Source of the DNA: Haliotis rufescens
Taxonomy: Eukaryota
Assembly (NCBI RefSeq): GCF_023055435.1
Contig: NW_025963846.1
Span: forward strand, 14,880,001 to 14,944,000
Direction of reading: 5' to 3'
DNA length: 64,000 nucleotides
The stretch's first letter is position 1; each line of letters starts with the position of its first letter. A program made the position numbers and the translations under genes. Positions 1-12,180 of the stretch are shown here, in pieces. The notes under the pieces are model-generated. The model was not told the origin of the DNA. It searched no databases and saw only the letters and a list, made by a program, of their open reading frames with translations.

Positions 1-356
1 TGGGCCCAGCTGTCCCAGGTAGTTTGAATTTTAGCAATAGCTACTGATCGTAGTGGGGGTTGTTTTTTTTTAGTGACTTCTGACGTTAAAGCAGTGTCAA
101 CTATGGGAGGGTGAAACCCTTTGTATTGACTTTCTAGTGGTTAAATGTCATCATAATTGTTACTTATGATCAGATGGCTTATCCCAGATGGCTTTAGTGA
201 GGGATTTTTTCCGAGCTAGGGCCTAATCTCGGGTATTTTTGTATTGCCGTATCTTTTTCACCAAAGAGTTTGATGTTCGCCCCCACGATAATATTTCCTG
301 CTCTCTTCTTAGTTTCAATGGGAGTTCTCCTGTTTGTAGACAGTTTTTGATGCTGA

Positions 357-722
357 GGTGAGGTGAGGTGAGGTGAGGTGAGGTGAAATGGGGTTTAACG
401 TCGCGTCCAAGGTTATTGCATTTATATAGCGATGTGCATGCTCGTGTGTGTGTGGCTGCTTGTACTAGTCCGGACTGATGCCGATTTATAGTGCGAGCAC
501 ACTTTGATATCATGCTGCAATTGAACATAAATACCCAACTCAGACACAGTATACTGACTCCGAGCCGACCAGTCCTTGTTTTAGCCCTTTAATGCCGAGC
601 GCCAGACAGGGTTACAACAAGTACCATCTTTTAACGTCTTTTGTTATGACGCGGCCTGGGATCGAACCCCGGACCTTCTGCTCTCCGGGCGGACGCTCTA
701 CCACTAGACCGAGGAGGCGGTC
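357..722 (-). mobile_element. tRNA-headed SINE, family D (Meta-SINE-like body), full length
   Basis: Minus strand: A-box-like GGTCTAGTGG, B-box GGTTCGATCCC, body AAAGACGTTAAAAGATGGTACTTG and (CACCT)n tail. Target-site duplication TGATGCTGA at 348..356 and 723..731. Fragments of the same family at about 42240..42324, 54176..54268 and 60460..61015. Confidence 0.85.
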
Positions 723-741
723 TGATGCTGAATGAAAGGCA

Positions 742-1797
742 TGTGGCATGTGGATCTGCACCATATTGGTGGCATGTGAATCTGTACCCTACTGGTGACA
801 TGTGAATCTGTACCCTACTGGTGGCATGTGGATCTGCACCATACTGGTGGCATGTCGATCTGCACCATACTGGTAGCATGTGGATCTGTACCATACTGGT
901 GGCATGTGGATCTGTACCCTACTGGTGGCATGTGGATCTGCACCATACTGGTGGCATGTGGATCTGCACCTTACTGGTGGCATGTGAATCTGCACCATAC
1001 TGGTTGCATGTGGATCTGTACCATAGAAGTGGCATGTGGATCTGTACCCTTCTGGTGGCATGTGGATCTGTACCCTACTGGTGACATGTGGATTTGTACC
1101 ATAGTGGTGGCATGTGGATCTGTACCATACTGGTGACATGTGGATCTGTACCATAGTGGTGGCATGTGGATCTGTACCATACTGGTGACATGTGGATCTG
1201 TAGCATAGTGGTGGCATGTGGATCTGTACCATAGTGGTGGCATGTGGATCTGTACCATACTGGTGGCATGTGGATCTGTACCATAGTGGTGGCATGTGGA
1301 TCGGTACCATACTGGTGACATGTGGATCTGTACCATACTGGTGACACATGGATCTGTACCATAGTGGTGACATGTGGATCTATACGATACTGGTGGTATG
1401 TGGATCTGTACCATACTGGTGACACATGGATCTGTACCATACTGATGACATGTGGATCTATACGATACTGGTGGTATGTGGATCTGTACCATACTGGTGG
1501 CATGTGGATCTGTACCATACTGGTGACATGTGGATCTGTACCATACTGGTGGCATGCGGATCTGTACCCTACTGGTGACATGCGGATCTGTACCATACTG
1601 GTGACACATGGATCTGTACCATACTGGTGGCATTCGGATCCGTACCATACTGGTGGCATGTGGATCTGTAGCATACTGATGACATGCGGATCTGTACCAT
1701 ACTGGTGGCATTCGGATCTGTACCATACTGGTGGCATGTGGATCTGTACCATACTGGTGCAAGTTGGATCTATACGATACTGGTGGCATGTGGTATC
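742..1797. repeat. 26-bp minisatellite (CCATACTGGTGGCATGTGGATCTGTA), about 40 units, in intron 1 of PAN paralog 1
   Basis: Direct tandem periodicity. The overlapping ORFs repeat every 26 aa, which equals 3 units. Confidence 0.97.
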
Positions 1798-2066
1798 TGT
1801 GCCATAATGATTAACTTGTGATTACGATCGACATGTGCCTGATCACTAAGTAGTGAATGGGTACCCGGTAGGATGTTGTGACCATGTGACTGCTGTGACG
1901 TATGCCTCCAACATACAGTTTTGGTAGAGTATAAAAAGGTGCACCTGAATTCGTTAATCGGCGTCCTACACTGACACACACTTGGAGCCCTACCTTCCAC
2001 GGGTCAGTTTTAAGAACAAATGTTATATTCATTATTTTTATAATATTTATAATTATTATTACTTAC

Positions 2067-2381
2067 CGATGGCATATGTGACGCGCTTGCATGGTTCCAA
2101 CCAGAGGCAGCCACCATTCCAGAAGGAGCCGTTGTCGAGTTGTCGTAGTTGAGCTCGCATTGTCCCGCCTTGAAGTTCAAGCTGACGCAGCGAGACTGCT
2201 GCAAACATGACGTCACACAGTCCTGTAGGGTGAGGGTCTGGAGCACGAGGTAGACTGACCCCACGAGCCTACTACTAGCCATGAGCCCGGGGGTGTTAAC
2301 CCCTCGACTGCATGTCCCCGTGACTTGACCACACCCTGTCATCAGCTCCACAAGCAACATTGTTGTCAGAAAGCTTTTCAT
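2067..2381 (-). CDS. Exon 1 of putative secreted PAN/apple-domain protein, paralog 1 (downstream exons probably outside the window)
   Basis: Signal-peptide-like N-terminus, then the PAN pattern DCVTSCLQQSRCVSLNFKAGQCELN. Phase-0 donor TCG|GTAAGT at 2067/2066. Near-identical copy at 26142..26456. Confidence 0.85.
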
Positions 2382-3629
2382 TTTGTAGGTTTTTAAAATT
2401 ATTTCCTCATAACATTATATCATTAATCAAGGTCGTCGATGTCCACTCGTGCAGTTGTGACGTTAAGTATGTGTTGGACAGGTCACTTCCTTACCTTCTT
2501 AAAAAATGTGTCTCTTGACTGTTTCACACGTCTGTTATAAAAGCTGTGTTTATTACAGTCTTCTTAAAATCAGTGTTTCTTGTCATCCATACACTAGTAG
2601 TTATTTCGTCACTCTGTTATGAAAATGATTAGTTTCACGATATATCATGGAAGGAAAATATCACTCCAAGCATTCTGCGTCCGTGTTGCCTTCAAGGCCC
2701 TGTGCATGGTTGAAACAGAGGGCGCTGAGTTGGTCTTTCACGTTCCAGGCGCAGAGTACCCGAGCGCATTAGTCGTCTTCGTCTGATCCACCTAGAACAT
2801 CGTTGTTCAGTACGCATCCGGGTATTTAACATAATAGTCAATGTATGCAACTTAATTAATTGTAGAGTTCATGTTGGTGAACTGAGCATTGATAACCGGA
2901 TGACTGATTGTTTAAAGACTGAAATGACTTAACTGTGCCCTGACATAAACAATAAGAAGTATTCCTTTGGGGTGGGGGAGGGGGGGTTCAACGGGTCTTT
3001 CTTCGGCAAATTGAATGTATTACTCAGTCTTGTGTGGCTAAGTGAATTACTTAATCATCAATCAATTGATTACAATTCCCAAGATCAAACAGCAAAACAC
3101 GCTACAGAAATTGTCTCAATGAATTTAAAAAATATTTGAAATGTCGAGTGCAGATGCCTTTAGAGTGTAATATGTGTATAGGCTGACTATATTGAGCGTC
3201 CTTCTAAACAAAACGCTCTTCTGAATCATTGATGACAAACCTCGTCCGTATCCATTGTGACGCACGTAACAGACCAAGTCAACCCTGTCTGCTTCAGCGG
3301 GTGAAAGAATTGTTTTTCACTTGATATCGCAGACGTTCATTAACCACACTGCCGCTCATTAGTTATAACGGCAACTGTGATGTAGCAGATATAACCGACA
3401 GCGACGTTTAAATATGATCAAACTATTAAACTTTTAGCCAACGTTTGACCCGGTGGGGAACTGCAGGTTCACTTGGCACAAGTGTTATCGTCTTAGAAGA
3501 CAAGGTGTGGACCAGCATGGCGCGCAAACGGCATAACTATTGACGCCAGTATGTTACCTCGGTAGAACTGTCCAGTGACCCTTCCTGAACAATACACAGT
3601 GGCGTCCAGACAGTCAAATTAAATATTTC

Positions 3630-5790
3630 AATTTCTTTATTCAACGTACTGAGGAGGCCACAGGCCTATAGTACAATCATGATTACAGGAGCAATTGGTA
3701 CAATCATATAATTTCCAAACTTGATTTTCTTTGTATAAAAGCATGATATATGTACATAGAAAGATTTCTTATGGTTTCAATGTTGCTAGTGGTCAGTAAT
3801 AGTTTAAACTTAAATATTTTGGTAAATATACTTTTCTTAGTTCATCATAATGCGGACATACTAGTAAAAAGTAATACTCGTCCTCAATTAATCCTAGGTC
3901 ACATAGTGGACAGAGTCTATTTTCTCTCGGAATATTTTGATATCTACCTTTTTCAATTAAAAGATCGTGTGATGAACATCGGAATTCTTGCAAGTGCTAC
4001 CCTAACTTTTCTAAGACTAACACTGAAAAGGTATTGCTCTGCATTGATATATGACTTGAAACTGCTATATAACAGGGACTTTGGTGAACGCGTTAGAGTT
4101 GCATTCCATGACTGAAAATATAAATCTTTTAATCTTTGTGTTATAGCATTTATGAACAACTTCGGATAAGCAATATGTTCTAATTTAAAAATGTAACCAA
4201 AACCACAATTATTCAGCAGGTTCCTTAAGTCGGTTACCCAATTTGTTTTGCCATTGCTATCATACAAACACATCATATTGTAACATTTCTTAGGATATCT
4301 TGAGGAGGGCATATTAAGTAGTCTTATCCAAAATTTTATTATTTTCAGACGTGCTTCTATACACAAAGGGACTCGTCCACATTTACCATAAACCATCACG
4401 TTTGGGGTATTCATTTTAACTCCTAAATATTTCTTACAAGCATATAAATGAACTTTTTCCAGAGCATCTATTTGTGTAAATCCCCAAATTTCTGCCCCAT
4501 ATAAAAGAATGGGTTTAATTTTCGTGTCAAATATTTTGAAATATATTCTATAGTTTACAGCCCCAACATTTTTTAAACTACTGAACATGCCCAACAATAT
4601 TTTCTTTCCCTGTACAGCAGCATTATTTCCATGTGTATTCCATGCCAACGTATTGGGAAAATACACACCTAATTATTTATAACCCTTAACTACTTCTAAA
4701 CACTGACCTTTAAATAACCACTTTTCAAACCTTGATAATTTGCCACCTTTTTGGAAAACAACGATTTTTGGCTTATTTGTATTAATTTTCAAATTAAACT
4801 TATCACAATGAACTTCTAATTCTGCTATTTGTTTCTGCAATCCTTTCACCGTACTAGAAAACATGATAATGTCATCAGCAAATAACAGAAGGAAAAGCTT
4901 GACAATGTCTGGATGAAGTTATATACCATCTGTACAGTTCTGATGAACAGCTGTAGCTAGTTCATTAATAAAGAATACAAACAAAAAAGGGCTAAGTATA
5001 CATCCCTGGCGTACACCAATGCTGCAGTCAAAAGCGGTGGACATTACACCGTTATTTCTTACACATGCTTTTACATTATTATTGATGCTACATAATAGTT
5101 TTACCATTTTACTGCCCAGGCCATGCTTGGTAAATAATATCCATAATTTACTTCTATCCACAGAATCAAAAGCTTTAGAGAAATCAACAAATAAAACGTA
5201 AAATTTACCCCCTTTGCTTGATATATAGCCCTGAATGAGATTATACAAAATCAAAAATATTGTCCGTGGTTGAGTATGCTTCCCTAAATCCTGCTTGTGC
5301 CTCACTGATTTTACCTGTAGCGTTGGACCAAAAAACTGGTCTTTTATTGATGATATACAAGAAAACTTTACTAAATATACCAAGAAGTGTAATACCTCGA
5401 TAATTGTCAGTCATATTTGGGTCATCATTCTTGAATAGGGGTATGATAATACCAACATCCCAACATTTAGGAAAGTAAGATTTTTCAAGCATTAAACTAA
5501 ACATTACCAGTAGGTATGGCGTTAATAAATCTTCAGCGTGTTTGAAAAACTCCGGGATAAGGTAATCTATTTCCGGGGGATTTATTTTTTTTAAGATGCC
5601 GAATGCTTACTCTTATCTCATCTTCTGAAATTGGTGGATCTAAGATATCCCTTGTAATATCATTCTCAAAAGTATTTTCCAAAACTGACTCGAAATAATT
5701 ATGAAAATCATTAACATCTGAGCCATTCTCTTCTGATCTATCGTCAAATAAACCCTTAAAATGATTAAACCAGTCTTCCAATTTTATCGT
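3630..5790 (-). mobile_element. Decayed 5'-truncated non-LTR retrotransposon (RTE-X-like LINE ORF2)
   Basis: Frameshifted RT motifs: KSPG, NYRGITLL, FVDFSKAFDSV, GVRQGCILSP, LFADD (4871..4882), LLYGAEIWG, VYGKCGRVPL, and C-terminal CPLC...EDEYYFLLVCP. AATAAA near the 3' end at about 3640. Clade assignment is from memory. Confidence 0.92.
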
Positions 5791-5791
5791 A

Positions 5792-6350
5792 TTAAACGTA
5801 TAGGCAGGCAGTCATAGTGATCCCGCCCCGCATCATTACATACCCACCCACCCACCCAAATCTGTCATGTTGCCTTGGTTTGACTTTCGCAAGAGGTTCG
5901 TTAGGACGCCTCCAGGGACGTCCACGCCGATCCATAAAGTCCAGAGTGGATATAGACTCATCTGAAAACATCACATGAAACCATCGGCGAGTCTCACAGT
6001 TTCTTTGCTTTGAAAACAACTGGCGTCTGGCTAGAATGTGTTGATGTGTTAACGGTGGTACAAAAGGTTCCGTCGAGCATGCAGACATTTTCTAAATGTA
6101 TTGTCAGGATGTTGAACTCCGCTTGCCTGGCGAAGGTGAACAGCGATTTGATTCGATTACTTATAGCCTGGTTTCTGATTGTTCGGTTCTTGTACTGAGA
6201 CCATTAACATTCTGTGTCTGCCGAAAGCTGTTCCACAGTCTGTAAATCACACACTGAGACACATTAAACATATTTGATACCCTTTTGAAGCAGGCCAATA
6301 GCCCTTAGGCGTTCGTCACGTTGTGAAGGATGCATTCCAAATCTGATCTG
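5792..6350 (-). mobile_element. Tc1/mariner transposase remnant
   Basis: PPLTHQHILARR...WFHVMFSDES...WRRPNE...GGYVMMRGGIT, the first catalytic D region of Tc1 transposases. Truncated by the adjacent LINE. Confidence 0.85.
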
Positions 6351-7080
6351 AAATACTGCATTGAAGCAAGAGTGGAGAGTTCACTGTGGATAATGAAAAT
6401 TAACAATACTTATGGCTCAGAACGAATTGATGACCTTTCCCTGAAGTGTCAAAATCAAGAATGACCCCCTATCCTTGTTCACAGAGATCTTCCTACCGAT
6501 GACCGATCATAACATTTATATTTCATACATTTTTGTCGGAGAGTATAATATTGCTAGTTTTTCGTTGAATATGAATGTTTAATCGGCGATTAACCAGTAA
6601 AGGAATGCATCTAGTTGGAGAGACTTAAATTTACACGCACGTTAAGACGAATATACTCTGTTACTCGCTTCTGGTTATAAATCACTATCAGGCGTTCGCG
6701 AAAAGGTGAGCACCCGATGGCACCCGTCAACGTGCACTTGAAAGAAACCAATCAAAATTATCATAAAAACAAGAACGATTTTATTTTGCAGTAATATTAT
6801 ACTCTCACCAAATAAGCTGGTGAATGCAGCATATGAGGTTATGTATAAGATGCATAAATTGTAACAGAAGTTTTAATCTTATTTAAGCTATACCAGAGAG
6901 CACGGGGTTAAATTATGTATGGTGGTTATCTCAATCGCGATAAGTTACCAGCATTTCATGGTTGAAGCATAAAGTCGGAACAGCTCTAATAGGTCAATTC
7001 TTTCACGATTGAAGAAGAGAGATGACATCCTCTTCAAAAGGTATTTTTTATTCCATGTTTTAGAAGTTACAAGTGAACAA

Positions 7081-7192
7081 CCGGGGTAGAATAGGTCTTC
7101 AGCAACCCATGCTTGCTTTAAGAGGCGACTGTGCTTGTCGTAAGAGACGACTAACGGGATTGGGTGGTCAAGCTCGCTGACTTGGTTGATGC
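7081..7192 (+). mobile_element. Family C retroposon, 5' fragment
   Basis: CCGGGGTAGAATAGGTCTTCAGCAACCC...GTCGTAAGAGACGACTAACGGG matches the copy at 23402. Confidence 0.8.
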
Positions 7193-7387
7193 TTCGTTCA
7201 TTATGGAATTAGCTCACGTGAGGCACTGTCTTCATCCGCTGATGAACGTCAACAAATACAACTTCAATCCTTAATTGAACCATACCTAATGTCACTGCCT
7301 GTAAACCTCAGATTAAGCCAACTCGATATAGATTAGGTAATCACTATCTCCCAACAGAAACTGGTGGATGGTACAGGGTAAGTAGAG

Positions 7388-7560
7388 TGAGTGAGTGAGT
7401 GAGTGAGTGAGGTTTTACGCCGCTTTTAGCAATATTCCAGCAATATCACGGCGGGGGACACCAGAAATGGGCTTCACACATTGTACCCATGTCGGGAATC
7501 GAACCCGGGTCTTCGGCGTGACGAGCTAACGCTTTAACCACTAGGCTACCCGACCGCCCC
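7388..7560 (-). mobile_element. tRNA-Asp-like SINE, family A
   Basis: Head GTAGCCTAGTGGTTAAAGCG...GTCACG...GGTTCGATTCCC and (ACTC)n tail. TSD GGGTAAGTAGAG at 7376..7387 and 7561..7572. Confidence 0.92.
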
Positions 7561-7915
7561 GGGTAAGTAGAGAAAACTGAATGTGTACATGATGTAATCT
7601 TGGAATAGGTGACGAGCCACAATCTTCTCTGTATCACATGTTGTGATTTATAAGATTAAACTTGACTTGACACAAACACATGCACCGGCATGCGCACTAC
7701 AAACAACTGACTCAGCGACTAGAATGACATTTAACCCTAGGTTCTGTGATAACGGTATGAAAACATTGCCTTGTGTTGATATTGTGAAACATGGGAACAC
7801 GGAAACATTCGTCGTATGGAATCACGACACATAAGTTTTCTCACTGATGTGGCAGATTTGGAAAGCAATTGATCAATTTACTCCTCGTATACGGCAAACA
7901 GAAGTTTTGTTGTTT

Positions 7916-8465
7916 CACCTTTGATATTTGTGTAACTTGAATTACCGTATATGGCATATATTATTTATGTTGTTGCACAGTGCACATTCTTCTCTGTCAA
8001 TCCCCCACCATGACATAGCTTTAACATAATTAATTGCTAAATTGCTAAATTCACCTTTGACATTTGTGTTACTTGAATTGCCGTAAATGGCATATATTAC
8101 TTATAAATGTTGTTGACATTTGTGTAACTTGAATTGCCGTAAATGGCATATATTACTTATGTTGTTGCACAGTGCACATTCTTCTCTGTCAATCCCCCAC
8201 CATGACATAGCTTTAACATAATTAATTGCTAAATTGCTAAATTCACCTTTGACATTTGTGTTACTTGAATTGCCGTAAATGGCATATATTACTTATAAAT
8301 GTTGTTGACATTTGTGTAACTTGAATTGCCGTAAATGGCATATATTACTTATGTTGTTGCACAGTGCACATTCTTCTCTGTCAATCCCCCTCCATGACAT
8401 AGCTTTAACATAATTAATTGCTAAATTGCTAAATTCACCTTTGACATTTGTGTAACTTGAATTCA
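7916..8465. repeat. Tandem repeat, 192-bp period, about 3 units, with an internal sub-duplication of about 56 bp
   Basis: CACAGTGCACATTC recurs at 7976, 8168 and 8360. Confidence 0.92.
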
Positions 8466-9329
8466 CGTATAGGTTTGACATTCCCCTGGGGAATACCAAA
8501 CGAGTGTGTTGGATGTCAGTTTCCTACCTCTGGTATGTCCTGTCGGTGTTGAAAAAAATCAAACAAGGAAAGTTCACATCAATCCATTACATCTTAAATC
8601 TTAACATTGTTTTCTGAGACTCAAGTATTGAATGCGGAATCACGTCCATTGGAAGCGCTTGTAAAATCTCAAAATCTCCATCTTCATGAAATGGCCCCTG
8701 AGAGTAAATAAATATTCTTTCTTTATTGGTACTTTTTTCCTGGTGTACATGGACATATGAAAAAAACACCTTGTATAATGGATTACTAATAAGGTAAAGT
8801 TTATATCAAAGATGGTACAATAGAGAAATGAAGACATGTTACAAAATGCATAGACTTCGTAAGTGGGCTTTTCGAGATGAATCAATGGATCTAAACAATG
8901 GTTGCTTTCTTTGGTTACATTAGGCATTCCATTTACCTTTGTATCACGGATAACAGTAATTGATTTTAGTTATTGAATAGAAGATGGCATAAAGACCTGA
9001 ATTTCACTTGGTGTTTTTACAAGTGGAAAAGGCATTGAATTTATCTATGTTATATGCATGTATAATTTTCCTTTGTAACAATTCAAATATTTAAAAGAAT
9101 ATTTTAGATGATTGTTGTTAAAAGATTAAAATGCCATTATGGGTTTTTTTCGAATTCTAGAATCATTCAAACAACCTATCTTCGTACACTTCTTAGGGGT
9201 ATAATTTAAAAGCAAAACAAATATGTATGATAACATTCAGAATTCATAAAACTGACAAAATATGTTTGTGACAGGTTACTATGGTTCCTAGGGTGAATAT
9301 ATTATTTCCGTAAATCTGCAAATTCTTTA

Positions 9330-9560
9330 CATGGAAGTGAAACATTAAACTCATTTTCCACAAAGTTAAAGCCATGTCGAGAGCAATAGGAACACAGTCG
9401 ACATTCCAGATCTACGCCCCTGTTCAATCATTAGGTTGTGACAAACGCATCTCAATCTGGATAAGGCTTGTTTATAGATTCTTAGCTCTGTATGAGTAAA
9501 ATAGCGCTTGACGTTTAAAAAGAGATATTTGTACGTAGAGTATGTTGTCAATTTTATGTA
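9330..9560 (-). mobile_element. RTE-X-like LINE C-terminal fragment
   Basis: ALSRLRCVCHNLMIEQGR resembles the C-terminal region of the LINE at 3630..5790. Confidence 0.65.
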
Positions 9561-9860
9561 TGAGTATGATGCTATGATGCATGAGGAAACTTATTGTCGT
9601 CCATTAAGAGACGTTTGGTCCAGAAATTTGTAACAACATGAGCAACAAAAACAAAATTCCTCCAACAGTCTCCTAGCACTGCAGCATACATGTATATGTA
9701 GTTTTTTTCAGACACATGATTTATTTTGTCTGGACTCTTTCAACTTGTTCCAATCGGTGAAACCCCCAAATTTCGGCTCCGTCTATCAAAGTAGGTAATT
9801 CCATGCTATAAAATAGAGTTACTGCAACGTTAACTGGTAATCGACCAGATTTTAAGTAAC

Positions 9861-10986
9861 GGGCAAAAGAAACGCCACCATACAATTTTCTGGTCTAAAA
9901 CAAAACAGACGCAAAATTTAGTAACAGTTAATGTTTTATGATGACGATGATGATGATGCTGATGCTGATGCTGATTATTATTATTATTATTATTCTAAAA
10001 ACAATTATTCAAAAACGGTATTTGGAAATAACAAGATAAAAAACTATGTACTTATGCTGGGTGCACTGTCCAGTATTCGGTCACACCCGGAGACTCGACT
10101 TCAATATCTTTTAAAGTCCCGTGCTACACACATGGCTGGGTATTGGATGTGACCCCCTCCATCAACGATGCAGGCCCTAACACAACGTCGACAAGAGTAC
10201 ACGAGTCTCCTGACATTCTTATTAACGATCCTACGCCATTCTTCCTGCAGGGCAATTGCCAAGGCATCCTTCGTCAATGGCGGCTGTTGGCATTTCCGAA
10301 TCCTGCGTCCAAGTTGGTTGCCATTTCTCTCCTGCCACTGCTGTACAGTCCTGGCCCATCTCACTCTGTGACGTCGGTGTAGAAACTATAACGTCACGGC
10401 ACGGCACGGAGACCATACAGGCGGAGTCGTCTAGCAACGGTCCTTCTGCTGACTGGATGTCCAAGGCTGTTTGCGGATGATGACGTCACAGTTAGGAATC
10501 TGGACCCTAGGTGAAGCTCCCGTAAATACCGGTCTTCCTGTGGGGTCGTGACCTTGGGTCTTCCACTCCTCGGCCTGTCTGCAGTACCGCCAGTTTGCCT
10601 GTGACATGTGACAAGTCTGGCGATGGTGCACTTGAGGCAGCCCATGATCCTGGCAACGTGCTCCCATTTGCAACATACCGATGGCTCTCTCCCTCTGCTC
10701 TGCGGTTAGTCGAGGCATGTTCGTTGTTTTAAACGGTATCATGTGACGAGAGAGTACAATCCTGCTCATGTTTTATACCAGAATTTCACACGGGTAACTT
10801 TGTGCACATTTTGCATTTTTTAGTGATTAAATTCACTTTTCTCGCAAATCACGTGAAGCACGTGCACATGTTCACAGGGAATAGGTAAGTTGCATTCCAT
10901 CTGTGTGTTCCCAGCTGTTTTCGTGCTGTTTGGCAAATTTGTTGAAACTGACGACCATTATTTATATGGTGGCGTTTCTTTTGGCC
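9861..10986 (-). mobile_element. Tc1-like DNA transposon, internally deleted, both TIRs present
   Basis: TIRs GGGCAAAAGAAACGCCACCATA (9861..9882) and TATGGTGGCGTTTCTTTTGGCC (about 10965..10986). HTH region MPRLTAEQRERAIGML...DRPRSGRPKVTTPQEDR and C-terminal LQEEWRRI...RACIVDGGGHIQY. Confidence 0.9.
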
Positions 10987-11421
10987 TCTTTGTTTATAAC
11001 GAAGTAGATGAATAGATCATGAGACAAACATGTTCTGCTTGCGGTGCTAATGTTTTTGGTGTGAACACTAGTCCAAAATGTTTGTAATAAGACACTACTT
11101 TAATCTGTTATCATTTTTAATAGTATTTTCATAATTACGTTACTACCATCCGTCTTGGAAAACAACAATCTGAGATTTATGGATGTTGAGAGAAAGTCCC
11201 CCTTAGGAACAAGAAGTAACATGAAGTTACTGAGGCAATCAATCTGTTGTTGGAGTCTCCCTGCTGTGTCCGTTGAACTTGTTACATCATCTGCATGTAT
11301 TTAGAGCGTCTTCAGAGATAGATATTCCTTTGCAATCCGATGTTGCCATTTCAATTACCAGTTCGGTGATAAATAATGCGAAGACTAGAGGACTAAGCAT
11401 ACATCCCTGTCTGGTGCCTGT

Positions 11422-12067
11422 CATCCTCCCGAGGCACGCGTGTCCACTAGCCTATATCAAAGCCTAGTTTCTACCCTTGCCACATCAAGGCCACTTTTCT
11501 TGGGGTAGATCGGGGCGGTCGGGTAGCCTAGTAGTTAAAGCGTTCGCTCGTCACGCCGAAGACCCGGGTTCGATTCCCGACATGGGTACAATGTGTGAAG
11601 CCCATTTCTGGTGTCCCCCGCCGTGATAATCCTGCAATATTGCTAAAAGCGGCGTAAAACCATACTCACTCATTTGGGGTAGATCACGAATTTTGCCCCT
11701 TGTAATGAAAACGCGATATCCAATCAGATCGCTATTCTTATCTCGTATAGCTTCACTAAAATGGCGACTACCATAGGCGACGACCTAGTCGATCCGATAA
11801 CGAAAACATTCGTGATTTAATTCTGACACAACAACAAAGGGAATCATTAGATATACACGTGTCAACAAAGACGGGCGGCGGTAAATCACTTTCATACGAA
11901 GGTGTACCAGTCGTGGATGTTGATTTTGTGAAACGTTCTCTGATTGGACTATCGATATATGTGATAGTCTAATCATATTTAGCACAGGGAAGCGGGCTGG
12001 ATGTGGCAAGGGTGAACACAAGACGTTGATAAGAAAGGCTAGTGGACACTCTTGCCTCGGGAAGATG
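11422..12067. mobile_element. Non-autonomous TIR element (CATCTTCCCGAGGCAAGAG family)
   Basis: Imperfect TIRs of about 32 bp. Imperfect 9-bp flanking duplication GGTGCCTGT / GGTACCCGT. Confidence 0.8.
11512..11673 (+). mobile_element. SINE family A
   Basis: Full-length copy. TSD TTGGGGTAGATC at 11500..11511 and 11674..11685. Confidence 0.92.
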
Positions 12068-12123
12068 GGTACCCGTAAAACACTTGAACTATTGAGTCAG
12101 GCCACTTTCTGTTCTTACACATG

Positions 12124-12180
12124 ATCGTCACGATATGGCTGAAATATTGCCGATGTGACGTAAAGCTTTAACTCACTCAC
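12124..12180 (+). mobile_element. Tail-only retroposon insertion
   Basis: GATATGGCTGAAATATTGCCGATGTGACGTAAA plus (ACTC)n. TSD TCTTACACATG at 12113..12123 and 12181..12191. Confidence 0.85.

Noticed and set aside
631-1807. Long Cys/His/Trp-rich repetitive ORFs (up to 272 aa), and a superficially CRISPR-like array
   Set aside because: ORFs are open in several frames on both strands because the 26-bp unit lacks stops. There are no unique spacers and no cas genes, and the context is eukaryotic.
2010-2066. C-terminal extensions of the PAN ORFs (also 25944..26141)
   Set aside because: Read-through past a consensus GTAAGT donor; the two paralogs diverge there.
11512-11590. tRNA-Asp-like and tRNA-Leu-like sequences as tRNA genes
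   Set aside because: No proper acceptor stem; always attached to a SINE body, tail and TSDs.
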